Assembly (NCBI GenBank): GCA_030704615.1
Contig: CM060731.1
Span: forward strand, 9,238,001-9,302,000
Source: Takakia lepidozioides
Lineage: Eukaryota > Plantae > Bryophyta
DNA: 64,000 nucleotides
Direction: 5' to 3'
In this document: positions 39,119-49,790 of the stretch, in pieces
How the letters are laid out: each line of letters opens with the position of its first letter
Numbering within the stretch: position 1 is the first letter of the stretch
Made by a program: the position numbers and the translations under genes
Notes under the pieces: generated by a model
Databases searched by the model: none
What the model saw: the letters and a program-made list of their open reading frames with translations, nothing else
Told to the model about the DNA's origin: nothing

Positions 39119-39673
39119 CCCTGAAAAAGAGTAGCGCAGTACGCTCAATGACAGCAGCTCCCGGATGGAGGAGGTAGCAGCGCGGTGGCTGGAAGAAATT
39201 CAAGCAAACGCTGCAATTTGTCACAAATACTCTAGGGCACATTTAAATTTCCCCCTACAGGAACCTGCAGGGCTGAAGATTGGCTCATCCATGGATGTAG
39301 CCGATTCAGTTTCCTTCCCTGCCATGCAAACTATGGGCAGTAAGTGCCAGGTGGGCCTATAGCCACTCGATACGACGAAGTCCATCCCCCCTTCGATGTA
39401 AATGCGGCGCCGAATTTCCATCTGGGGGATGGACTTCGGTGGCAGATTTCAAACTATACCCCGTGGATGAGAAAGAGGTATCGGTTCATCCACCGCTGGC
39501 TTGTTGAACACGTTACACGATGATTGGTGGGTACTTGTGACCCAGATGGTCCATTATTGGAGCCCGCACTGCTCTTCCGCTTCTCATCATTTCGAAAATC
39601 TAAGGGCTTCGTTGCTGTCCGCAAGGTGATTTTCATCGGCATCAAACACGTCCTCAGGTCCTCCTTTGCAAGG

Positions 39674-40237
39674 ATGTCGTGCTTCCGGAACCGGGACGAC
39701 TGCCCTTATGGAGGCATCGATTATGCAATGTATTCGGCCACATCGGGAGACATCGTTATCTGGTACACAGATTACACAGAAGATACTGGTTCGAATGTGG
39801 AAACATTGTCCGCTTTTGAGTATCTCCCAGGCCAGTACGCCTTCGAGCGGGGTGACAATCTGGGTCTGAGGAGTCCGTGGCTCCTGCGCATCCTTGATTC
39901 CGATTTTCCCAGCTACGACGGGCACCCATGCAGAAGAATGCGCACTGCTATGCTGTTGCGGTGGAACTGCTGCCAGTGGACGTAGGTGGACTCCATCGGA
40001 GAGACTTATACTCCTGAAGGAGTGCGCTCATCTTCTCCATTGTATGGGGACATTCGCATTGGTGTGGACGGCGAAAATGTGAAGCTTTCCATATTCGATG
40101 GTGGTATGATTGAAGGGCAGGACATTGTGGTGAACATCAACAGGGGCGGTACAATGGCTGCAATCTAGTTTACCTGGAGGAGCCCGAAGACTCATGAGCT
40201 AGTTTTGAGAGCAGTCGAAGTCCCATTGACAACGTGA
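39674..40237 (+). pseudogene. Paralogue Y2 of 38558-39118 with two in-frame TAG stops
   Basis: MSCFRNRDDCPYGGIDYAM...RWNCCQWT*VDSIGE...YGDIR...DGGMI...AI*FT...HELVLRAVEVP; stops at 39983 and 40166. Confidence 0.75.
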
Positions 40238-40802
40238 CTTGTATTCAGAAGGCACAGGGCTAAAGATTTGTTTGCACAATCAGCACAGTAGACGTGCTTC
40301 AAATGCAATTCATGTGGATCAATAAAAATCCCATTGTGCCCTCTTTTTGTTCTATTCTGTATCCATCGTTCCCAAAATGCGTCATTCTTCATTTCGTTTG
40401 GGATTGGGAGTGTAGGTGGATTTTGCAAGTGGCTGGTAGGCTGAAATGGGCCCCCATTGTACAGATCAGTACCACCCTACCATTCGCGAAACATTGCCTT
40501 TCAATATGTAATTCTAAAAAACATTGCCGAACCTCCTTCATCGGGAGGTCCTTCTCCCCCTATGACCGTGACACCCTAAACGGGGGCTGCTATTTCATGA
40601 GCGGCATGAGCATGAGCGGAAAAAAAAAAAGCATGAGCAGACCATTGTGAGTCCACGGAAATAGGGTTAGGAGGCACGGAAATAGGGTCATGTGAAGTTG
40701 GAATGTAACACCAGTGGACTTGAAATGCAACATTTTATTGCAAATTTTGTGGCAAGCCACGTCTATACAAGTGTGTTCTAACTGTCATAGCCGGAATGGG
40801 CA

Positions 40803-41380
40803 CTACTCTCCTACACCCTCCGAGGAACTTGCCCCACCTTCTTCCTCATCCCCCTCATCCTCCGAGCTCTGTGATGCATCAGTTCCATTATGCCTCTCAA
40901 AAATCCCATCCTCTTGGGGGACTGTCCACCTCACCTCCTGGGAATCTTCTGCATCTTCTCCCCCACTTTCCTCAGCTGAATCCAAGACAAATCTACGAGC
41001 CTGACGGGCTCTAATAGCTGCTGCCTCCTCCTTCATCTTCATTTTCTTGAGGTTTGCCTCGTCTAAAATCTGCTGTAGACGACTAGGTTCGGAACACCTT
41101 CTAATGGACACCGAAGCAAGCCGGGCAACATAAGTAGGAAGGATGTAGTCCCTTTCTGGACTAGGCATGAAATCCCCCCTGGCAAAAAAATGCACGTTCC
41201 TCCTGCCCATGAACTGCGGTGTAGATGTCCCTCCTACAGTAAGAACAAATCCACTTGAAGAATGTCAATACCAGCAGAAGCAGAAACGGTCTTTCAATGA
41301 AATAAAAGAGCGAGGGAGGTGCCTCACAAAATCAGGAGGCAACTTACAATGCGACCACTCACTCGTAAACCATTTTCGCC
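40803..41380 (-). pseudogene. Inverted paralogous copy of the last intron and last exon of the methyltransferase-like gene
   Basis: FFARGDFMPSPERDYILPTYVARLA..IRRC..PS..QIL..RRFVLDSAEES..EVRWTVPQ matches 36637-37000. The donor context tacga/gtgagtg..cattgtaagtt recurs at ~41363 (minus), with an acceptor at ~41234. Confidence 0.75.
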
Positions 41381-41384
41381 ACCA

Positions 41385-43455
41385 TTTTCCTAGGTTGGGC
41401 CCGAAAATGGCTAAGTCCCAGAACTGACTGGGCGCGGAACTAGAAAAATGGCGCCGAATTTCCGATTGCGGTTCCAGCCACCCTAGGGACTTAGCCATTT
41501 TCGGGGCCCTGAACTCGAAAAATGGCGCCATTTTTCCATTTTGGGGCTGAAAATGGCTAAGTCCCAGATCTGACTGGGCCCAGAACTGGAAAAATGGCGC
41601 CGAATTTCCGATTTTGCTGCCAGTCACCCTAGGGACTTAGCCAGTTTCGGCATTTTTCCAGTTCGGGACCAAAAATGGCTAAGTCCCAGATCTGACAGGG
41701 CGCGGAACTGGAAAAATGGCGCCGAATTTCCGGTTGCGGTTCCAGCCACCCTAGGGACTTAGCCATTTTCGGGGCTTTGAACTGGAAAAATGGCGCCATT
41801 TTTCCATTTCGGGGCCGAAAATGGCTAAGTCCCAGATCTGACTAGGCCCAGAACTGGAAAAATGGCGCCAAATTTCCGATTTTGGTGCCAGTCAGATCTA
41901 GGACTTAGCCATTTTGGCCCCGAACTAGAAAAATGGCGTTTTTTTTTGTTTTTTTTTTCCAGGGCCATTTTTCCAGTTTGGGGCCGAAAATGGCTAAGTC
42001 CCAGATCTGACTGGACCCGGAACTGGAAAAATGGCGCCAAATTTCCAGTTGCGGTTCCAGCCATCGTAAGGACTTAGCCATTTTCGGGGCCGAAAATGGC
42101 TAAGTCCCAGATCTAACTGGGCCCAGAACTGGAAAAATGGCGCCGAATTTCGGATTTTGGGTACCAGTCAGATCTGGGACTTAGCCATTTTCAGCCCCGA
42201 ACTGGAAAAATAGCGTTTTTTTTTTTTAATTTTTTTTTTCGGCGCCATTTTTCCAGTTCGGGGCCGAAAACGGCTAAGTCCCAGATCAAAATGGCTAAGT
42301 CCTTGATCTGACTGGGCCCAGAACTGGAAAAATGGCGCCGAATTTCCGATTTTGGTGCCAGTCAGATCTGGGACTTAGTCGTTTTCGGCCCCGAACTGGA
42401 AAAATGGCGTTTTTTTTTTTTTTTTTTCCCCAGTTCGGGGCCGAAAATGGCTAAGTCCCAGATCTAACTGGGCCCAGAACTGGAAAAATGGCGCCGAATT
42501 TCCGATTTTGGTGCCAATCAGATCTGGGACTTAGCCGTTTTCGGCCCCAAACTGGAAATATGGCGTTTTTTTTTTTTTTCCCAGTTCGGGGCCGAAAATG
42601 GCTAAGTCCCAGATCTGACTGAGCCCAGAACTGGAAAAATGGCGCCGAATTTCCGATTTTGGTGCCAGTCAGATCTGAGACTTAGCCGTTTTCGGCCCCG
42701 AACAAGAAATATGGCGTTTTTTTTTTTTTTTTTTTTTTCCTAGTTCGGGGCCGAAAATGGCTAAGTCCCAGATCTGACTGGGCCCAGAACTGGAAAAATG
42801 GCGCCGAATTTCCGATTTTGGTGCCTAAGATCTGGGACTTAGCCTTTTTCGGCCCCGAACTGGAAATATGGCGTTTTTTTTTTTTTCTTTTTTTTTTTTT
42901 TTCCAGTTCGGGGCCGAAAATGGCTAAGTCCCAGATCTGACTGGGCCCAGAACTGGAAAAATGGCGCCGAATTTCCGATTTTGGTGCCAGTCAGATCTGG
43001 GACTTAGCCGTTTTCGGCCCCAAACTCGTTTTTTTTTTTTTTTTTTTTTTTTCCCAGTTCGGGGCCGAAAATGGCTTAGTCCCAGATCTGACTGGGCCCA
43101 GAACTGGAAAAATGGCGCCGAATTTTCGATTTTGGTGCCAGTCAGATCTGGGACTTAGCCGTTTTTGGCCCCGAACTGGAAAAATGGCGTTTTCTTTTTT
43201 TCTTTTTTTCCCAGTTCGGGGCCGAAAATGGCTAAGTCCCAGATCTGACTGGGCCCAGAACTGGAAAAATGGCGCCGAATTTCCGATTTTGGTGCCAGTC
43301 AGATCTGGGACTTAGCCGTTTTCAGCCCTGAACTGGAAAAATGGCGTTTTTTTTTTGTTTTTTTTTCGGCGCTATTTTTCCAGTTCGGGGCCGAAAATGG
43401 CTAAGTCCCAGATCTGACTGGCACGAAAATCGGAAATTCGGCGCCATTTTTCCAG
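41385..43455. repeat. Fold-back satellite, ~150-bp unit, ~14 copies, each with a ~42-bp internal inverted repeat and, in most units, a poly-T linker
   Basis: Unit: ccagttcggggccgaaaatggctaagtcccagatctgactgg - loop containing ggaaaaatggcgccgaatttcc - ccagtcagatctgggacttagccgttttcggccccgaactgg - T-run. Confidence 0.95.
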
Positions 43456-45235
43456 TCATGCAGGTAATTCGAAGAGCGGATGGATGGAAATCCGACGCCG
43501 GATTTCCATCCGCCAGGTAAGTCGGCGCGCAAAATTTCTGTCATGCAGGTAATTCGAAGAGCGGATGGATGGGAATCCGGCGCCGGATTTCCATCCTCCA
43601 GGTGTCGCGCACCTCACCTCGGTAAGCTCCCCTTCAAGTCATAGTTACTCGCTTTGATGCGCGCGCCTAACTCCCAACCTGGCCGCCCGGGCCAACTTGG
43701 AGCTTCGGCTGCTCACCGGGACATAACGGTCCCCCTTCGCTCCCCACTAAACCCTCCACCTATTTGGGACTAGGAGAATTCCCTTTGGTAGATGGCAGTC
43801 CGGAACAGCTCCCCACTCTTTGGTCGCTTTCCGGCTCGCTTGCTTACTCATTAGTTTTTGGTCACTAACGGGCTTGCACCGTTCTCGGGGTCACTACTCC
43901 CCTTATATATACTTCTGTAGCTGTCCGCGGGGGTTTCACAACCAGCCATGCCATTTTATGGCGAACCACCATGAAAACCCTCGACTCCCGGTGATGAGTC
44001 GCGGTGAGTCTTGGCCCACTCACCACGGCCCCTATGGACCGTGATGAGTCCCAGACTCCCCACGACTCCCACCACGAGGTCTCCGCCCCTATGGTGAGTC
44101 CTATGCCACCCCCACTAAGTCCCGCTAAGCTACCACCACCCCTTGTGGAGCCACCCCCACCGCAATCCGGTGTGCGGGGCTCCACCTAGTGAGCGCCTCC
44201 GCTTCCCTGAGTGCCTTGGGCACTCAAGGGTGCTTCAGCCCCCATACCTATCGCTGCCGCTGCCCCCACCACACGGGCAGCCCCTCATGTGTCCCGACCC
44301 CCCTGCGCTCAAGGCAAAAGGCCGCGACACACACCCCTACCAACAGGGAGTCGATGTCCTCATCGACTTGTCCATTTTGTAGAAACGAACATCCAAGTTG
44401 TGGCGTCCCACATCAAGGAGTTTGTTTCCGTACCATGGCGTCCCATGGCAAAGAACCAAACCCCACACTTGACTCTACTCTCCACTAGCTAGTTCGGCCG
44501 ACTTCCTCCAAGTCCCGGCCAAGGGTGGAGCCTCTCCAGCTCCTCCCAGTGCACTCTTCTTGGCCTACTTCAAGGCCAAGGAACGATCCTCCCCGAGGAT
44601 CGAATCGCCTTATTGCAACAACATTGCTTGCGATCGCTCATGATGGCGCTTTTGGCATCACCTTGAGCAAGGGTTCACCTGGAACCCTCTTTGACTAGGA
44701 AGATAACCTTGAACCAACCGTGCGCCCCAATTACTACAATTGGGTCCGCCTTGGAATGCTGGCCTGAGGTACGGGAACACGCCGAAGCCGCACTACGACT
44801 TCGTCCCGAGGCTACACGATTATAGTACGTGAACGGAAGCACGTAGCTTCCGCGTTAGCCCGCACTACAAGGCAACCCCCTCGGTAGCGCAGTTATAGTA
44901 CGCGCACGCGCCAGGTGCGCACTAGCACGTGAACTCCCAAAGAAGGCGCAAGTTTCCTTGCCCCTTGGATGGGGGTCACCCGATTTCGGCACTACGCAAA
45001 CACACGATTAACCCAATTTACCTCTCCCACTTTTATAAGCTAGCATGCATTCTACACACTAGCCAACCATACCATGCATCACCATTCCAAACAAAATAGG
45101 ACGCACAACATTTGGAACCCATTTCCTTTATAACAAATTTTTGTACAATACAAGTTTTTGTAATCGGATTCCTAAGCTAGCTTAGCCGGGCTAAGCATGC
45201 ATTTCCTCCCCCACGCTCCAAGGTTGATGTCCCCA

Positions 45236-47749
45236 TCAACGCTTCTTCCGTTTTTGAGGTCGCCCTTCGAAAGCTGCAACCGCCTCGGATGCGTTTCCCA
45301 TTTCTGAGGCACGCACCCAAGATGCCTCAACATGATGATAGCCCTTCCATTTGACGAGATACTCCGTTTCTCGGTTCCTGAACCTCCTCGACTTAAGTAT
45401 TGCCTCCACCTCGTACTCAGGTTCATTTTCATGATCCAACAGCATAGGTGGCGGACGCAACACTTGATGCCGATTCGGACGCGCTTCATCTTTGAAGTAA
45501 GGCTTCAAAAGGGAGACATGGAATACTGGGTGCACCTTGCTGTTTGCCAGCAGCTCCAATTCATACACATCCTCATTCATAACCTTCCGAATACGAAAGG
45601 GTCCCGCATACGGAGGTACGAACTTCGGACTCACTTCCGGAGGTAGTCGGAAATTCTTGATGTTCAACCAGACCTTTGTGTCTGCCTCAAACTTCACTTC
45701 CCTCCGCTTCCGATTCGCCTGTCTTTCATACCGTTTCCTAGCTTTGGCAATGTTGTACTTTGCGAGCTTCAACAAACGCTCGCGTTCTTCCAATACCGCC
45801 GCTACTGCCGGTTCCTCAACGTCCTGGGCGGCCCAACTTGTCGGCACCAGAGGTGCTTTTCCATAGACCAATACGAAAGGGGAAACTCCCGTTGCGGAGT
45901 GTTCTGTGTTATTATAACAGAACTCTGCCGCGTCTAAGTGTTCCATCCAGTCTGATTGGTTTGCCGACACGTAATTCCGCAAGAATTGCTTCACTACGGA
46001 ATTCACTCTTTCCGTTTGGCCGTCCGTCGTAGGTTGGAAGGCGGTGCTCATCTTCAGCCTCGTCCCCATCTTCTTCCAAAGTGTCCTCCAAAATTTACTC
46101 GTAAACTTTGGATCGCGGTCCGAGACAATATCCTTCGGGACTCCTTGATGCTTTAAGACGTGGGCGAAGTAAAGTCGCCCTGTCTCCTGCGCCATTGCCG
46201 TCTCCTTGGTGGGGATGAAATGGCCCATTTTATTGAACCTATCCACCACCACCATGATTGCATCGAATCCTTTTGACAGCTGCATAGCAGTCATGAAATC
46301 CATCGAGACGCTTTCCCAAGTCCCCTCTGGAATCGGCAAGGGTTGTAACAGCCCCGCTTGCTTTTTGTCCTCGCTCTGGTTTTGTTGGCATGTGGTGCAT
46401 GTCTTGACATACTCCTCTGCCTCCTCCCTCAGTTTGGGCCAGAAATACTCTTTCTTCAGGAGTGCCGCAGTGCGCTTGGCTCCGCCATGGCCCGCAAGCG
46501 GGCTATCATGGCATTCTCTCAAGATGCTATCTTTGATCCCTCCCTTTGTCACGTAGAGACGTTTTTGCTTATACCGGAGCAGTCCATTTTGCAAGTGGAA
46601 CTGCGATTTAACCCCCATCCTCAAGTCCTGTATCACGGACTTCGCCAGCTCATCCTTCCGGCAAGCCTTCCGGATCTTCCTTTGGAGTGCCGTCTCGCCC
46701 CTGTACACCAACAGGAGCTGCTGCTTTCTACTTAAAGCATCGGCCACCACATTGTCACGTCCCGGTTTGTACTGGATATCCACGTCGAACACCGCCAAAG
46801 TATCTTGCCACCTAAGTTGTTTTGGGGACAACTTCGGCTGCGTGGCAAAATACTTCACTGTGACATTGTCCGTGAACACCTTCACTGGGTTGGAACCAAC
46901 ATAGTGGTGCCAAAGCTCAAGGCAATGCACCACCGCCTTCATCTCTTTTTCGTGCGTCGGCCAACGTCGCTCCACTTCATTCAGTTTCTTACTTTCGTAA
47001 GCCACTGGACGTCCATCTTGCATAAGTACACCCCCAATCGCGAAGTCCGACGCATCTGAATGAATCTCAAATGGACGATCGAACTCCGGGATTTTCAAGA
47101 CTGGAGCTTCCGCCATCCGCTGCTTCAATTCAGCAAAAGCTTGGCCACCAAAGGTGTTCCATGCCCAGACTTTAGATTTACATAGAAGGTCCGACAGCGG
47201 CCCCGTGATCTTGGCAAAATTTCTCACATACTTCTGGTAATAGGAGGTGAGTCCTAGGAAGGATCGCACTCCCGGGACCCAAGTCGGAGGCTCCCAGTCC
47301 AAGATCGCCCTCACCTTTCTGTCATCCATTTTGATCCCATCCTGTGTAATCACATGCCCCAAGAACTCCACTTTCGTGACCCCGAATTCGCACTTTGAAG
47401 CTTTGGCATACAGCTTCCCTTCCCGTAACTTTTGGAACACCCTTTTGAGGTGCTCCAGGTGCTCCTCCTTTGTTTTCGAGTACACCAAGATGTCGTCGAT
47501 GTACACGATCACAAAGTCATCCAACCACTCCTGAAAGAGACTGTTCATCAGCGTGCTAAATGTCGCTGGTGCATTGGTGAGCCCAAAAGGCATCACCAAG
47601 AACTCATATGAACCATACCTTGTCCTACACGCGGTCTTCTCCTCATCTCTTTCCGCCACCCGAATTTGATGATAGCCGGAGCGCAAGTCGATCCGGCTGA
47701 AATACTTCGCTCCTGCCAACCGGTCGAAAAGGTCGTCGATCCTTGGCAA
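45236..47749 (-). CDS. RT - RNaseH - integrase - chromodomain of the chromovirus
   Basis: YIDD, DASD, integrase H-H-C-C and D,D35E (SMDF/SDRD/GQTE), GPF motif, chromodomain [16 protein letters not shown]....SW. A 1-nt deletion in an A-run near 47760 separates it from the upstream ORF. Confidence 0.92.
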   Translation of the reverse strand: MPRIDDLFDRLAGAKYFSRIDLRSGYHQIRVAERDEEKTACRTRYGSYEFLVMPFGLTNAPATFSTLMNSLFQEWLDDFVIVYIDDILVYSKTKEEHLEHLKRVFQKLREGKLYAKASKCEFGVTKVEFLGHVITQDGIKMDDRKVRAILDWEPPTWVPGVRSFLGLTSYYQKYVRNFAKITGPLSDLLCKSKVWAWNTFGGQAFAELKQRMAEAPVLKIPEFDRPFEIHSDASDFAIGGVLMQDGRPVAYESKKLNEVERRWPTHEKEMKAVVHCLELWHHYVGSNPVKVFTDNVTVKYFATQPKLSPKQLRWQDTLAVFDVDIQYKPGRDNVVADALSRKQQLLLVYRGETALQRKIRKACRKDELAKSVIQDLRMGVKSQFHLQNGLLRYKQKRLYVTKGGIKDSILRECHDSPLAGHGGAKRTAALLKKEYFWPKLREEAEEYVKTCTTCQQNQSEDKKQAGLLQPLPIPEGTWESVSMDFMTAMQLSKGFDAIMVVVDRFNKMGHFIPTKETAMAQETGRLYFAHVLKHQGVPKDIVSDRDPKFTSKFWRTLWKKMGTRLKMSTAFQPTTDGQTERVNSVVKQFLRNYVSANQSDWMEHLDAAEFCYNNTEHSATGVSPFVLVYGKAPLVPTSWAAQDVEEPAVAAVLEERERLLKLAKYNIAKARKRYERQANRKRREVKFEADTKVWLNIKNFRLPPEVSPKFVPPYAGPFRIRKVMNEDVYELELLANSKVHPVFHVSLLKPYFKDEARPNRHQVLRPPPMLLDHENEPEYEVEAILKSRRFRNRETEYLVKWKGYHHVEASWVRASEMGNASEAVAAFEGRPQKRKKR

Positions 47750-49790
47750 ATGGTACCGGTTTTAATAGTCACCTTATTCAAAGCCCTGTAATCGACACAC
47801 ATCCGGAGCGTCCCATCCTTCTTGTCTGCGAATAGCACCGGGGCTCCGTAAGGTGACTTACTCGGCCGGATGTACCCCTTTGACATTAGATCCTTGACCT
47901 GAGTCTTCAGCTCGACCAACTCTCTGTGGCTCAACCGGTAGGGCGCCTTGGCAGGCGGTTCCGATCCCGGTATCACCTCAATCTTGTGGTCAACTCCTCT
48001 TCGCGGTGGTAAGCCGCTTGGTAAATCCTCCGGCATCACATCCTGGTATTTCTCCAAAATCCCCTTGATCCAATCTGGGCTCGGCTCCTCATCGCCTTCT
48101 CCCTTCACTTCTCTAATGTAAAGCAAAAATTGGGGCTTGTGTGCCTCCTCCACGGCCCACTCCCTTGCTGACAGAAGGTTTATTCGCCCTCCCACAGATT
48201 TGGGCGTTTCCGACACTCGTAAGACCTTGCCACCATTCCCACATGGCAGCGTGACTACTCTCTTGCGGCCATCTATGACCGCTCCGGATTTGCTCAAAAA
48301 GGTCATCCCCAAAATGAGATCTACTCCATCGATCTCGCAGATGGTGAAGTTCTCACGTCCCTCCCAACTCCCCAGTTGAAGAGGAACATCAAACGCCAAC
48401 CTTGTCGCCAATTGTGGTTCTCCTTTGGCAGAACGCACCTCAATAGAGGCCCCCACGTCACTTGTCGGGAGTCCCAGCTTTTGTGCCGTTGCCGGTGTCA
48501 TGAAGGAGTGCGACGCTCCTGTGTCCACCAACAACGACACATTAGTTCCGGATATTATCCCATCCACGAACAATAACTGACTCCCTTTTCGTAAGGCGCC
48601 AGTTTCCTGATACAACTCACAAGAAAATTTGCCTACCTTGCAAGTCCTGGCGACCACCGCTTCCACCAAGCGACTGATGGTATCTTCCGACAGCTCCGTG
48701 GTCGCCCGAGTCATGTTCAATTGTCGGGGCTTCGTGCACTTCTTGGCCATGTGCCCGGGCTCCCCACAATTGAAACACACTCCATCAAAGGTCGCATTCT
48801 GTCCGCCATAAGCCGCTCCACCCGCTTTTCCTTTCGAAGCACCGGGTGCCGCCTTGACGTGTGAAGGCCCTCCCTTCGATTTCCACGTGCCATTGTTGCC
48901 GCGTGGCCTATCCCACTTCTTTTCCGGTCGGAAGGAGTCACCTTCCCGCCGGGTCTTCTTGTGGTTCAGCTCCGTACGGCCTTGTCTCTCACCCCTAGGG
49001 ACATCCGAGAAACATTCAGCCCTCTCAATTGCCTCGTTCAAAGTCTTGGGTGGCTTCTCCTCCAACTTCCGCCTGGCCCATGGGGCCAGTCCCGCCACAA
49101 AGTTGAAGACCATTTCTGGTTCTGCCATGTCCGCGACTTCGAGCAACAGCACATTGAAAGCCTGGACATACCCTCGAATGTCATCTGTTTGCTTCAAATT
49201 CCTCATCTTGTCCCGGGCAAGCCAGGACACGTTGAGGGGCACAAACTGTCTCTTCATCAATTCCTTGAACCCACTCCAGTTCAAGGTTTCCGGACTTGGA
49301 CCTCGGTCGTGAAGGCGTTTCTGCCACCATTGTTGAGCATAGCCCTCAAATAGGTGGGAGCCACTTCCACCGATCCTCGTCACTCAACTTGGCCGCCCGG
49401 AAGTACTGCTCTAGCTCCAAGAGCCAGGTGTTGAGTGCCTTCCGATTTCGGATGCCCTCGAAGGTGTCGGGTTCCTTAGGCTTCACCTTAAACTTTGCCT
49501 TAGTGGGAGTGGCATTAGCCGCCTTCAACACGTCTTTCAACGTCCCGCCAAACTGCGCCAACAACCCTTCCCAAAAGGCTGCCGGCATGGGAGACATCTC
49601 TTGGTTTGTCGGAGCTCTCAAGGATTCCTCGGGCTCCTCGGATTCCTCTCGCTCTTGAGCGGCCTCGTTTTCGGAAACATGCATCGCTTCCTCAAACGGC
49701 CGCCTCGGTGACACGTCGCCCCCATCGGGCTCACCAGGGTCATCATCTTTTGGGCCGTTCCGCTTTCGCTTTGGCTTGCCCGACCCCATG
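47593..49790 (-). pseudogene. gag - zinc knuckle - aspartic protease - start of RT of the chromovirus (frameshifted near 49380)
   Basis: [77 protein letters not shown]. Confidence 0.88.

Noticed and set aside
41265-43315. Short ORFs in the satellite
   Set aside because: Translations of tandem repeats broken by variable poly-T runs.
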